A stretch of DNA of 64,000 nucleotides, taken from Eubacteriales bacterium (GTDB taxonomy: Bacteria > Bacillota > Clostridia > Oscillospirales > CAG-272). The notes beneath the pieces were generated by a model. That model ran no database searches. It had not been told where the DNA came from and saw nothing but the letters and a program-made list of their open reading frames with translations. A program made the translations under genes and the position numbers. The stretch is from contig JAZQEH010000089.1 of NCBI GenBank assembly GCA_045538895.1, positions 253 through 64,252 on the forward strand. Direction: 5' to 3'. Below are positions 45,816 to 56,080 of this stretch, piece by piece; position 1 is the stretch's first letter; the number at the start of each line of letters is the position of its first letter.

Positions 45816-48800
45816 GTTTTTTGATTACGCTTACAAAAATATGCTTGATAATGGTTTCTGTCCTCCTTATGGCGGCCCCGTTTGCCCTTGAGTATATAAC
45901 TTTTGGCAATGACAGAGAGGGCAAGATTACCTACAAGCGTTTTAAAACGGTGATATTCACTTTTGTTTACCTTATTCTGGTTACAATTGTGCTCTATCTG
46001 TTCAAGGAGCTTGGTTTGTGGATAGGCTCGTGGCGTTTTATACAGTGGATATCAAGCAGATTTGCCACAACAGGCAGAGTTGCGTATCTGATAAAACTGT
46101 TTGCTACTGTGTTTATCAACTTCGGTATCGGAGCTTTGTACATCTTTCTTTCGAAGTTCTTCAGAATCGGCATGAAGAAGAAGGACTTTGTAAATCCGAA
46201 AAAGAAGAATGGCAAGTTCAGCCTTGGGCAGAGAATTAACCGTGCGGTAATTAAGTTTTTCCATACCGAAACATGGTTTTTCGTTGCAAAGGTGCTGTTT
46301 GCGCTGGCGATACTGCTTTCTATTGCATATGCGATTGTATTTACACTTTACTTAATTCCTGCGTTTTTTGGTGCCTCTTGGCTTCCTTACAAGTTTATAT
46401 CCATGCTCTTCAGCGCAGGATATATCTACCCCTCGATAACTCTTATGGCTATATGGCAGTCGTATTTCTTCCTTGAGGGAATACGCAGAGCGGTTGACGA
46501 ATGTCCCGATATTCTTAAAGCCGTCAATCTTGAAATAACACCATTGCGAGTTGACGTAGAGGCTATTGACAAAGAGGTTAAAAAGCATTTTGGCGGTCAC
46601 TATGCATGTGACGTTAAGCTTTCGGAAACCTTGCAGGAAAAGCTTTCTGCAAACGAGCATAGCGAAATCACAAAATACGTTGGTATGGCGGTTGAAAATG
46701 ACCGCCGCAATCCTCAACTTCAGAAGGAAGTATATCTTGAGTGCCTTGACAGGATTGTTGAGGCTACCGAAAAAGAGAAGAGCGTGCTTATCAGCGGCAA
46801 CTTCTTTTCGGAGTTTGCGATGTATTTCCTCCGCTATCTTTCCATCGTTTCCGTACGCGGCGACAATATGATTTTTGTCTGCAATGACGAAGCGCAGATT
46901 GATTCGGTATATAATTATTTAAATGAAGCTTTGTCGGAGTTGTCCAGCCTTTATTGCAAGAACTTCAGCAAAGATGCCGTGGATTTTGACGACCCGATAT
47001 GGCGAATCGTTAAAATCAGCGGAGAGCATGATGTAATCGAGGAGGCGGTTGTTGATGACAACTGTATTCTCGTTACAACGCTCGGTTATATTTGTTCAAC
47101 ACATTTTGAGCGAGAGCACTCAAAGTTTATCAATCTGCTTGATACCGTTGTTTTTGTAGACACGCTCGGAACGGTTAACAATTATTCAAGACAGATGTCT
47201 TTGCTTAACACAAGACTTAAGCATATCACAAAGACAAATGCGACACTTGCTAAAAACAGCAAGGATGGCAAATACCGCATACGCTACATGGCACATCCCA
47301 TAAGATACATGTGCTTTGACGATACAAGAACGCCCGGTCTTGACCGTGTGCTTACCAATATGCTGTCTGTTGATTTTATTTCTGCAGATGCAATGCATTA
47401 CAGTGCAAAAACCCTTGTACGTTGCTACAATTATGAGAGCCGTGCAGATGAAAAGGGCAAGCGTGTGGCTACGCAGTTTGTCAACACCGAGGAGGAAATC
47501 GGTGCTGTAATCAATATGGCACTGCTTTGTCTTGAAAAGGGTGCGTCAAACGTAACTGTGTTTGCGGAGGGAAGTATTCCTTATGCAAATATTGCAGAAT
47601 CGCTCAATGCAAACAGCGGTCAGATGCTTGTCAGTGCAGATGCTGATAAGTTAAGACTCAATAAGCGTTTCTACAATCCCGATGAGTATTCTGTAATCAT
47701 CGCTATCGACTCTGGCGACAATCTGCCTGCGGCGATACGCAGATACGCCTCAATGGTATCGGATAAGCCTGCGCTTGTAATAGTATTCTCACGTCAGTAT
47801 ATGATGCGTGACTACTATGTTGACAATATTGATAAGCTTTGGCTTAATGACCGTACAGTAAGAATTCCCGTGAGTCAGACCGGCAAAAAAGAGGTTGCCC
47901 AGAAGATACTTGTAAAGGCTAATTCGGGTGGCATTTCCGAGGAAGAGATACTTTATCTTGCCGGCGGAGTTGCGTCGTTCAAGGAGTACGTTGACAAAAA
48001 GGATATCAACGGTATTCTCCGTGCTATACTTGAGATTTACGGCGTGGACCGTGCAGACTCGCTCGAGGTATACAATTACTTTGAGTATTCTTCATCGCTT
48101 GACTTTGATGAAAGCGGCGTTTATGACCCGAAGGACAAGGTTTTCCTACGCCGTCAGGGGCAGCTTTTCGACATGATTAATTGCCGTGACAATATAATTC
48201 TGGTTCGTCCTGATGACGAGGTGACTCTGCCTTTGCCAAAGAGCAGACTCACGCAGAATTTTATTGCAATGCAGAATTTCCTCTACGGCGGTGCGGTTTA
48301 TGTTATCCGCAAGCTTGATACTGAAGAGGGCAAGATTTTTGCATCGCTTGCAGTAAGCGGCAGTAACAGAGATGTATACAACTACATTCAGGCAAGGGAA
48401 TATATTGTCGGTGCTTCTCCCGATAAAATCGAAAAGGTATTGCCCACGGCTCACACCGTTGTCGGCCGCTCGGTTGACGATATCGGGGTTAACGATATTT
48501 ATATATCCGTATTCAAGGCTCCCGTAGAGGTACATACAAACGGTTATTATGAGGTCGACCCGTATACACACACTGTTAAAAAAGACAGTTATCACTCTAT
48601 TAACGACAAGGACAATGACTTTTTTGCCAAGCAGTCCTTCCGTAGATACGGTAAGGTAAGGGATAACGATGGCTCCGAGGACATTATGAAGTCTTCAGGC
48701 CTTGCGGTAAGCGGCACGGGTGCGCTTATGATGTCGATAAGACTCACAGGTAACTTCGGTGCTGATATCAACCGCACAATGTTGCTTGCGGCGGCAATGC

Positions 48801-51001
48801 TCAACGAACAGATTCATGCGATGTTCCCGTCTGTTGCGGATAGCGTTGTTGTTTGTCCCGTGCTTCACGGTGAGATTTCGTTTGATAACGGAATTCCTGC
48901 CATTATTCCGAAAATGACCGTTGAGGCAGAGGAGAGCATCTTCTCCGAAAACGATTTTGAACTTGTGATTATCGAGGATAGCAGTGTAGAGCTTGGTGTT
49001 GTATCCATGCTTGCTACCTCCGGTGAGAATATTCTTGCAACACTGTTTGAGCCTGTTTACGAGTACCTTACATGGTACATGAATGCAAATGACAAGAGCC
49101 GTTTCCTTTACTACACTCTTGACCGTGAGCCTGATTGCTTCGATTTTACATCGTTGCACAAACTGTCAACTCTTCTTGGCTACGGCAATCGCGATGTCAA
49201 GTTTGAGTCGGTTGACGATTATGTTGAATACGTTACCTGTGATTTCTGCGGCAAGCGTGTTGCAAACGGCGAGGGCATAACGACGCTTGATGACGGCAGA
49301 AAGATGTGCAAGGAATGTGCTGCACAGCTTGTCGGCAAGGACCAGAAGACTCTCAAAGAGCATCTGGCAAGTGCAAAGCTCTATCTTGAAAGTACGTATT
49401 CGATTACTATAGGCGACGATTATGACGTATGCTTTGAGTCAACTACCAAGATAGTTAACACCTTAAAGCAGAATAAGGATCTGATGCGTCGAGGTACGGA
49501 TGTGCCGTTCAAGTCATATGTTGAAAACGGTATTACAGCACATGCCGAGTACGGTATACCGTCGGTAAGCCTTTCCGAGATGCTTGTCAGAGAGCTTACG
49601 CATTTGTGGCAACGAAAGAATCTGCCTGACCTTACCGAGGAACTTGCAGAGGGACATATTGCGCTTGTTTCGGTTCAGTATCTGCGTTTTATCAGAAATA
49701 GTTCACTGGTAACAATACGAACGAATTATTACGAGAGCAATGCAAATCTTTCGGGTAAGGGATACAGAAAGCTTGCAAGCGAACTGCTTTCAAAGCCGCA
49801 GTACAGTAACAATCCTTTCCTGTATCTGCTTGAGTTTTCGGGCATTGATGCTGCAACAAAGATTATCCCCCGCAAGACGCCCACGTCGGAAACAGGAAAA
49901 TACGGTGACGTATATACTCCCGAGGCTCCCGACCGTGAAACTGACGTAAAGTATTTCTATTATTCATACGCAACCGAATCGGAGAAAAAGGCATATGATA
50001 TAATGCTTGAGGCTATAAAGACGCATGCAGAATCGGTAGACGTTGCGGGCTTTACCTTTGAGGAAAAATGCAGGATAGTCAAGATGATAGCTTACGACCA
50101 TCCCGAAATCTTCTGGTACAATAATATAAGCGGTCTTGGCGATAAGGTGATATTCCACTACGGTGCAACTGCCGAGGAATGTGCGGCGCTTCAGGTCCGT
50201 ATTGACGAGGCGGCTGCGAAGTATCTTGAGGGTATCGACGACTCTATGACTGCGTATGACGTTGCACTCAATCTGCAGATAAAGATGATAAACTCTGTGG
50301 ACTATGATACCGTTCAGCTCAATATAGAAGCGGCAGAGGGCGGTACTCCTGAGGATAAAATAGACTATATCAGAACCATTTGCGGAGTATTCATTGACCA
50401 CGAGGCGGTTTGTGCCGGATATGCGAGGGCAATGCAGTATTTGCTCCAGAAATGCGGCATAGAGTCTGCGTATGCAGCGGGTATTGCACATTGCTCGGAC
50501 GGTACAAGCGGTCCTCATGCATGGAATATCGTAAAGATGGACGGCGATTATTATTACATCGACACCACCTGGGACGATAGCTCCAACACTATTCAGTCGG
50601 TTAAGAATTACGACCTCGGCTTCTCATATTTCGGTCTTACCACCGAGGAGATGCAGCGCAGCCGTGATTTCTCCAGATGTCCTATTCAAATGCCTGTGCT
50701 TACTGCAACACGTGCAAATTACTATACCCACAATAACCTTGTTCTTACAAGCTTTGATGTTAACAGAATCAAGGAAATTGCAGTAAATGCGGCAACTGCC
50801 AAGCAGGACTTCTTTACGTTCAAATGTGCTTCTGCAGCGGTTTATGATGCGGCATTCTCATGGATTGCAAGCAGTTCATCAGATGTCTTTGCAGTTATAA
50901 GGGCTGCCGCAAAGGTTGACAAGCGGATTGATACAAACCGAATCAACTGGGCACAAAATGAACGTATCAGAACAATTACAATTAAGTTTTTACACAAATA
51001 A
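45812..51001 (+). CDS. Multi-TM protein with degenerate SF2 helicase-like region, Zn finger/DA1-like metallopeptidase-like domain and C-terminal transglutaminase-like domain
   Basis: About 5 N-terminal TM helices; ILVTT and VVFVD helicase-like remnants; CDFC...CKEC; LVRELTHLWQ...AEG; AVCAGYA...HAWN...DTTWD Cys-His-Asp triad. Confidence 0.65.
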   Translation: MSFLITLTKICLIMVSVLLMAAPFALEYITFGNDREGKITYKRFKTVIFTFVYLILVTIVLYLFKELGLWIGSWRFIQWISSRFATTGRVAYLIKLFATVFINFGIGALYIFLSKFFRIGMKKKDFVNPKKKNGKFSLGQRINRAVIKFFHTETWFFVAKVLFALAILLSIAYAIVFTLYLIPAFFGASWLPYKFISMLFSAGYIYPSITLMAIWQSYFFLEGIRRAVDECPDILKAVNLEITPLRVDVEAIDKEVKKHFGGHYACDVKLSETLQEKLSANEHSEITKYVGMAVENDRRNPQLQKEVYLECLDRIVEATEKEKSVLISGNFFSEFAMYFLRYLSIVSVRGDNMIFVCNDEAQIDSVYNYLNEALSELSSLYCKNFSKDAVDFDDPIWRIVKISGEHDVIEEAVVDDNCILVTTLGYICSTHFEREHSKFINLLDTVVFVDTLGTVNNYSRQMSLLNTRLKHITKTNATLAKNSKDGKYRIRYMAHPIRYMCFDDTRTPGLDRVLTNMLSVDFISADAMHYSAKTLVRCYNYESRADEKGKRVATQFVNTEEEIGAVINMALLCLEKGASNVTVFAEGSIPYANIAESLNANSGQMLVSADADKLRLNKRFYNPDEYSVIIAIDSGDNLPAAIRRYASMVSDKPALVIVFSRQYMMRDYYVDNIDKLWLNDRTVRIPVSQTGKKEVAQKILVKANSGGISEEEILYLAGGVASFKEYVDKKDINGILRAILEIYGVDRADSLEVYNYFEYSSSLDFDESGVYDPKDKVFLRRQGQLFDMINCRDNIILVRPDDEVTLPLPKSRLTQNFIAMQNFLYGGAVYVIRKLDTEEGKIFASLAVSGSNRDVYNYIQAREYIVGASPDKIEKVLPTAHTVVGRSVDDIGVNDIYISVFKAPVEVHTNGYYEVDPYTHTVKKDSYHSINDKDNDFFAKQSFRRYGKVRDNDGSEDIMKSSGLAVSGTGALMMSIRLTGNFGADINRTMLLAAAMLNEQIHAMFPSVADSVVVCPVLHGEISFDNGIPAIIPKMTVEAEESIFSENDFELVIIEDSSVELGVVSMLATSGENILATLFEPVYEYLTWYMNANDKSRFLYYTLDREPDCFDFTSLHKLSTLLGYGNRDVKFESVDDYVEYVTCDFCGKRVANGEGITTLDDGRKMCKECAAQLVGKDQKTLKEHLASAKLYLESTYSITIGDDYDVCFESTTKIVNTLKQNKDLMRRGTDVPFKSYVENGITAHAEYGIPSVSLSEMLVRELTHLWQRKNLPDLTEELAEGHIALVSVQYLRFIRNSSLVTIRTNYYESNANLSGKGYRKLASELLSKPQYSNNPFLYLLEFSGIDAATKIIPRKTPTSETGKYGDVYTPEAPDRETDVKYFYYSYATESEKKAYDIMLEAIKTHAESVDVAGFTFEEKCRIVKMIAYDHPEIFWYNNISGLGDKVIFHYGATAEECAALQVRIDEAAAKYLEGIDDSMTAYDVALNLQIKMINSVDYDTVQLNIEAAEGGTPEDKIDYIRTICGVFIDHEAVCAGYARAMQYLLQKCGIESAYAAGIAHCSDGTSGPHAWNIVKMDGDYYYIDTTWDDSSNTIQSVKNYDLGFSYFGLTTEEMQRSRDFSRCPIQMPVLTATRANYYTHNNLVLTSFDVNRIKEIAVNAATAKQDFFTFKCASAAVYDAAFSWIASSSSDVFAVIRAAAKVDKRIDTNRINWAQNERIRTITIKFLHK

Positions 51002-51015
51002 AAGAGGTATTTAAA

Positions 51016-51354
51016 ATGAAAAAGAGAGTGTTTACATCACTTTTGCTTGTAGCGGCTATTATGCTTTGCTCATGTCAGGTCTTAGGCAACACAGTTGTGG
51101 GCAAATGGAGTCATCAGGAGAATATACTCGGCGTCATTACCGAAACCATTTATGTTTTCAACGATGACGGCACAGGCTCAATGAAGAATCTTGTTGAAAC
51201 CAAGTTTGACTATGCTGTTGAGGAGGATACACTTCTTATCACAACAAGCTTGCTTGGTATAAAGACTACCACAGAGTATACTTTTGAGTTCAGTAGCGGT
51301 GACCTTTTGCTCACTCAGAACGAAAAAACCATAGTTCTCAAGCGTGTAGATTAA
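51016..51354 (+). CDS. Small lipoprotein (lipocalin-like beta fold)
   Basis: Lipobox LCSC; VVGKW...YVFNDDGTG. Confidence 0.75.
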   Translation: MKKRVFTSLLLVAAIMLCSCQVLGNTVVGKWSHQENILGVITETIYVFNDDGTGSMKNLVETKFDYAVEEDTLLITTSLLGIKTTTEYTFEFSSGDLLLTQNEKTIVLKRVD

Positions 51355-51409
51355 AAAACAGGGGCTGTAAAAAAGCTTTTACAGCCCCTTGGTTTTACGG
51401 AGTAGAAAA

Positions 51410-52663
51410 ATGACTTATATTGAGTTTTTTGACAGAACTGCAATAGAAAACGTGTGTATTTGCCTTACCGACGTTCCGGAGCGTGTGATAATCATAGGCA
51501 ACGATATGAAAGAGCTGAACAGACATATTGCAAACTACAAGCGTGTTTTTGCAGATAGAGGATACGATATTGAGTTTATCCCGAGAACTGCTTCTAAAAG
51601 CAATCTTGCAAACGCTGTTCGCCTGCTTTCGGATATTGTAGAAACCTATGATGACTGTGCGTTTGACATTACAGGCGGCGAAAAGATTCTTACTCTTGCA
51701 CTCGGCATCGTATATGAGCAGTACAAGGACAAGAACATACAGATTCACCGCATGAACATTCACAATAATGCTATAAGCGACTGCGACAAGGATGGTAACA
51801 CCGTTTTCAAGGATTCGCCCATGCTCACCGTTGATGAAAACATCATCATATACGGCGGCGATGTCCGATACGGTGATATCCACGAGGAAAGTGCTACCTA
51901 CGCATGGAACATGACGCCCGATTTCGAGGACGATATCGAGGAAATCTGGTCGATCTGCAAATACAACGTGCGTCAGTGGAACATACAGATAGGTGAATTT
52001 GAGGCTATCGAAAAGGTAGGCACAACCAGTCGTGATTCTCTTACGGTGCGTGCCGACGTTGCAAAGGTTAACAGATATTTGTCGAGATACGGTGCAGAGC
52101 TTGATGTCAGAAACAATACGGTTAAAAAACTGCTTGCGGCAGGGCTTATCACTAACCTCGATGCAGATGATGATACCGTAGAAATTACATATAAGAACGA
52201 ACAGGTTAAAAAGTGTCTTACCAAGGCGGGACAAGCTCTCGAAATGAAGGTTTATCTCACCGCCCTCTACCTTGAGGATAAAGAGGGAAAGCTTATCTAC
52301 AATGATGTTCTTAACGGGGTTGTTATCGACTGGGACGGCGATTTTCATGATGAATATGAAAAGGCTTACGATACCGAAAACGAGATTGACATAATGCTTA
52401 TGCACGGTATTGTTCCCGTGTTTGTATCCTGCAAAAACGGTAAGGTGTCTGTGGAGGAACTGTACAAGCTTAACACCGTTGCAGAGCGTTTTGGCGGGAA
52501 GTACGCAAAAAAGGTTTTGCTTGCATCATCGCTTGAAATGTCGGGTGACAGTGCACATTACATAAAGCAGCGTGCCGCGGATATGAATATCACTCTTATT
52601 GATAATATAAACGAAATGAGCGACAAAGAACTTGCCGAAGAGCTTGATTCTTTGTGGTGTTAG
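51410..52663 (+). CDS. Card1/Can2-like CARF plus PD-(D/E)xK nuclease (DUF1887 family)
   Basis: CARF motif FDITGGEK; nuclease motifs GQALEMKVY, NEIDIML, FVSCKNG, ELYKL. Confidence 0.8.
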   Translation: MTYIEFFDRTAIENVCICLTDVPERVIIIGNDMKELNRHIANYKRVFADRGYDIEFIPRTASKSNLANAVRLLSDIVETYDDCAFDITGGEKILTLALGIVYEQYKDKNIQIHRMNIHNNAISDCDKDGNTVFKDSPMLTVDENIIIYGGDVRYGDIHEESATYAWNMTPDFEDDIEEIWSICKYNVRQWNIQIGEFEAIEKVGTTSRDSLTVRADVAKVNRYLSRYGAELDVRNNTVKKLLAAGLITNLDADDDTVEITYKNEQVKKCLTKAGQALEMKVYLTALYLEDKEGKLIYNDVLNGVVIDWDGDFHDEYEKAYDTENEIDIMLMHGIVPVFVSCKNGKVSVEELYKLNTVAERFGGKYAKKVLLASSLEMSGDSAHYIKQRAADMNITLIDNINEMSDKELAEELDSLWC

Positions 52664-52673
52664 AGGTGGTAAA

Positions 52674-55600
52674 ATGGCAGATATAAAAAACAGTAGTTTT
52701 TTGGAAGCAGTTTTTACTTATGCTAAAAGAGCAAGTGACGGTAATTCCGTTACGGTGGACAGGTTTCTGCTGGCTTTGATTGAGGTTTCATCTGCGGTAT
52801 CAGGTGTAGCCGGAGAGGAAAAGAGAGTCAAGGAGCTTATAGCACAAAACGGTCTTGACAGTGATGATGTTCGAAAGAAGTTAGCGGAGCGTGCGACCAA
52901 GAGCAGTTATATTGACAGCATGAAAATGCAGAAGCTCATGTTTAACGCAAAGGTAAAGGCTGAAAAAGGCGGTGCAACCGAGCTTACTGCGGACATTGTG
53001 CTTGAGTGTGCTATGAGTGATATTTCCGAAATGCTTAATAGAAGCAGTGAGGAAAAAGGCATTCTGACCTCGGAAACCATTAAAAATTTTGGCAAGCAGG
53101 ATTTTGATATCAAGTCTGATACGGAGGAAAAAAGCGAGCCTGAGGTTACAAGCGAACCTGAAATAAAAAGTGAGGCACAGCCCGTATCGGTTAAAGAGGC
53201 ACTTGACAATGATATTTCCGATGTAAAGAGAGTACGTAACATACTCAAGAGCAAGATTTTCGGTCAGGACCATGCGATAAATGTATTCACTACCGCATAT
53301 TTCCAGTCCAAAATGCTCTCGAAGATAGACAAGGAGAGAAAGCGTCCCCGTGCAACCTTCTTGTTTGCAGGCCCTCCCGGTGTAGGTAAGACCTACCTTG
53401 CAGAGCAGATTGCCGAGCTTCTCGGACTCCCTTATATGCGTTTTGATATGAGTGAGTATTCTACCAGAGAGGCAAGCGTTGAACTTTGCGGCTCGGATAA
53501 GGTATACAAGGATTCTGACGGAGGACTTTTAACAAAGTTTGTAGATAAGAATCCCGAATGTATATTGCTTTTCGATGAGATTGAAAAGGCACATATAAAC
53601 GTTATACATCTTTTCCTCCAGATGCTTGATGCGGGCAGACTCCGTGACAGCCACTCGGACAAAGAGGTTTCGTTTACCAATGCAATTATCATAATGACCA
53701 CCAATGCGGGCCGTTCGCTTTACAAGGATAGCGAAACTACCGATTTTTCTTCGGTGTCGAGAAAGGTGGTTGTCAAGGCGATTCAGGAGGATACAAACCC
53801 CGAAACCGGCGCACCGTTTTTCCCGAGTGCACTTTGCTCACGTTTTGCTTCAAGCAACGTGATCATGTTCAACCACATCGGCGCTGACTACCTGCGTACC
53901 ATAGCTAAAAATGAAATCGGCAGACAGGCTGAAAACCTCAAAAACGAAACCGGCATAGAGGTTGCCATTGATGATAAGGTGTATTCCGCTCTGCTTTTTG
54001 CAGAGGGCAGCAATGCCGATGCAAGAACTATCCGCGGCAGGTCAGAGGCTTTCTTTAATGATGAGCTTTACGAGCTTTTCCGTCTGGTTGCGTCCGATAA
54101 ACTTGAAACGGGTATAAATGAGGTTGAAAAAATCAACGTTTCGCTTGACTTAGCTTCGGCACCCGACTACATAACCACGCTTTTTGATTCGCTTTATAAA
54201 CCTGAGGTTATGATATTTGCCGACGATGCGGTTGCGGCAGAATGTACCGCAAGGCTTCCCGACTTAAAGGTTGTTTCGGTAAATAATTATTACGATGCTA
54301 TTGATGCGATGAAAGAGAACGATTTGTCGCTTGCACTTGTTGATATCAAGTGCGGTGCATCGGAGGGACAAAGCGATAAGCTCAATATCGAGGACGTTGA
54401 GTCCGAGGCACGCAAATTCTTGAAGTTTTTGAGCGAGGGAAGAAAGGCTCTGCCTTTGTATCTGCTTGATGACGGCGTTTGTATGCTTGACGAGGAGGAA
54501 AAGGTTTCGCTTGTAAAACAGGGTGTCCGCAGAGTTATTCCGTATAAGGATGCAAACTATGACCTCGGTAAAGAAATCGGATCGCTCCTTTCTGTGCTTC
54601 ATCAGCAGTCCAACCTCAGAAAACTTGCAAGAGCCAATAAGATTGTTACGTTTGAAACTTCGCAGTCGATTTCAAAGGACGGCAAGTGTGCTGAAATCAA
54701 GCTCTTTGATTTCAAAATGGAAACTGCGGTTGATGCATCCGATTCAAAGAACGTTTTGAGTGCGGTGTCAAGACCTAACGTGAGATTTGATGAGGTCATC
54801 GGTGCAAACGATGCGAAAGAAGAACTTAAGTACTTTGTTGAGTATCTTAAGAACCCCAAGAGATATATGGGTACAGGTGTTAAACCTCCCAAGGGCGTTC
54901 TGCTTTACGGCCCTCCCGGTACAGGTAAGACCATGCTTGCAAAGGCAGTGGCAGCAGAGGCTGACGTTACGTTTATCGCAACGCAGGGCAATGCTTTCCG
55001 TAAAAAATATGTAGGAGAGGGCGCAGAAGCAGTGGCTGAAATTTTCAGAACTGCACGCAAATATGCACCCACCGTGCTTTTCATTGATGAAATTGATGCA
55101 ATAGCAAAGGAACGTAACGGTGGCTTTTCGGATTCTTCCGGTGTAGAGGCAACGCTCACCAGATTTTTAACCGAAATGGACGGCTTTGAGGTTGACCCCA
55201 CAAGACCTGTTTTTGTGCTTGCAGCAACCAACTTTGACGTTACTCCCGGTACTCCCAAGAGCCTTGATGCGGCACTTCTCCGTAGATTTGACAGACGAAT
55301 TTATATCGACGTGCCCGAAAAGGCAGACCGCATAAGATTCCTCAGAATGAAGATTGAAAAGAATCCCGCACTTGCTATCAGCGAGGATGAGATTGAGAAT
55401 ATTGCGGTACGTTCAACCGGTATGAGCCTTGCATCCCTTGATTCTGTAATCGAGCTTGCACTTCGCAGTGCGATAAGAAAGGGCAGCACCGTTGTTACCG
55501 ATGAAATCTTTGAGGATGCGTTTGAAACCTTCAACAGCGGCGACGTGAAAAAGTGGGATGCGTCCCAGCTTGAGCGTGTTGCCCGCCACGAGGCAGGACA

Positions 55601-56075
55601 TGCGTTCCTCTGCTGGCACAGCGGAGAAACACCGTCATATCTCACCGTAGTTGCAAGAGGCAATCACGGCGGTTATATGCAGCATGCCGATAACGAGGGC
55701 AAGGCTATTTACACCAAGGGTGAATTGCTTGCAAGAATCAGAACTTCTCTTGGCGGCAGAGCGGCAGAGCTTGTGTATTACGGTGAAAAAGACGGAATTA
55801 CCACAGGTGCAAGCGGAGATCTTGAATCTGCAACTTACACGGCTAAAAATATCGTTTGCAGATACGGTATGGACGGTAGTTTCGGACTTGCGGTTGCAAA
55901 TCCCAAGGACGATTCGCCCGAGGTGCGTAAGGTTGTCAATGCGATTCTCGATGAACAGCTTCGTGAGGCAATTCGCATAATTTCCGAAAACAAGAGTAAG
56001 ATTGATGCTCTGGTTGATGCGCTTATGAACAAAAACCACTTAAGCGGCAAGGAAATTGATAGCATACTGAAATAA
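52674..56075 (+). CDS. Soluble fusion of ClpB-type AAA+ domain, receiver-like linker, FtsH-type AAA+ domain and M41 zinc protease
   Basis: GPPGVGKT/FDMSEY/LLFDEIEKAH/MTTNAG; GPPGTGKT/FIDEID/AATN/LDAALLRRFDR; HEAGH, LGGRAAE, GASGDLE; no TM segment. Confidence 0.88.
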   Translation: MADIKNSSFLEAVFTYAKRASDGNSVTVDRFLLALIEVSSAVSGVAGEEKRVKELIAQNGLDSDDVRKKLAERATKSSYIDSMKMQKLMFNAKVKAEKGGATELTADIVLECAMSDISEMLNRSSEEKGILTSETIKNFGKQDFDIKSDTEEKSEPEVTSEPEIKSEAQPVSVKEALDNDISDVKRVRNILKSKIFGQDHAINVFTTAYFQSKMLSKIDKERKRPRATFLFAGPPGVGKTYLAEQIAELLGLPYMRFDMSEYSTREASVELCGSDKVYKDSDGGLLTKFVDKNPECILLFDEIEKAHINVIHLFLQMLDAGRLRDSHSDKEVSFTNAIIIMTTNAGRSLYKDSETTDFSSVSRKVVVKAIQEDTNPETGAPFFPSALCSRFASSNVIMFNHIGADYLRTIAKNEIGRQAENLKNETGIEVAIDDKVYSALLFAEGSNADARTIRGRSEAFFNDELYELFRLVASDKLETGINEVEKINVSLDLASAPDYITTLFDSLYKPEVMIFADDAVAAECTARLPDLKVVSVNNYYDAIDAMKENDLSLALVDIKCGASEGQSDKLNIEDVESEARKFLKFLSEGRKALPLYLLDDGVCMLDEEEKVSLVKQGVRRVIPYKDANYDLGKEIGSLLSVLHQQSNLRKLARANKIVTFETSQSISKDGKCAEIKLFDFKMETAVDASDSKNVLSAVSRPNVRFDEVIGANDAKEELKYFVEYLKNPKRYMGTGVKPPKGVLLYGPPGTGKTMLAKAVAAEADVTFIATQGNAFRKKYVGEGAEAVAEIFRTARKYAPTVLFIDEIDAIAKERNGGFSDSSGVEATLTRFLTEMDGFEVDPTRPVFVLAATNFDVTPGTPKSLDAALLRRFDRRIYIDVPEKADRIRFLRMKIEKNPALAISEDEIENIAVRSTGMSLASLDSVIELALRSAIRKGSTVVTDEIFEDAFETFNSGDVKKWDASQLERVARHEAGHAFLCWHSGETPSYLTVVARGNHGGYMQHADNEGKAIYTKGELLARIRTSLGGRAAELVYYGEKDGITTGASGDLESATYTAKNIVCRYGMDGSFGLAVANPKDDSPEVRKVVNAILDEQLREAIRIISENKSKIDALVDALMNKNHLSGKEIDSILK

Positions 56076-56080
56076 TAAAT

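Noticed and set aside
51395-52405. 336-aa minus-strand ORF, and similar ORFs such as 9876..10751, 41902..42858 and 31758..32429
   Set aside because: Antisense to well-supported genes, with no RBS or motifs; explained by codon bias on the coding strand
52674-56075. Housekeeping ftsH or clpB
   Set aside because: No TM helices, an extra Clp-type ring, and no ClpB D1 or middle domain, so no gene symbol was assigned
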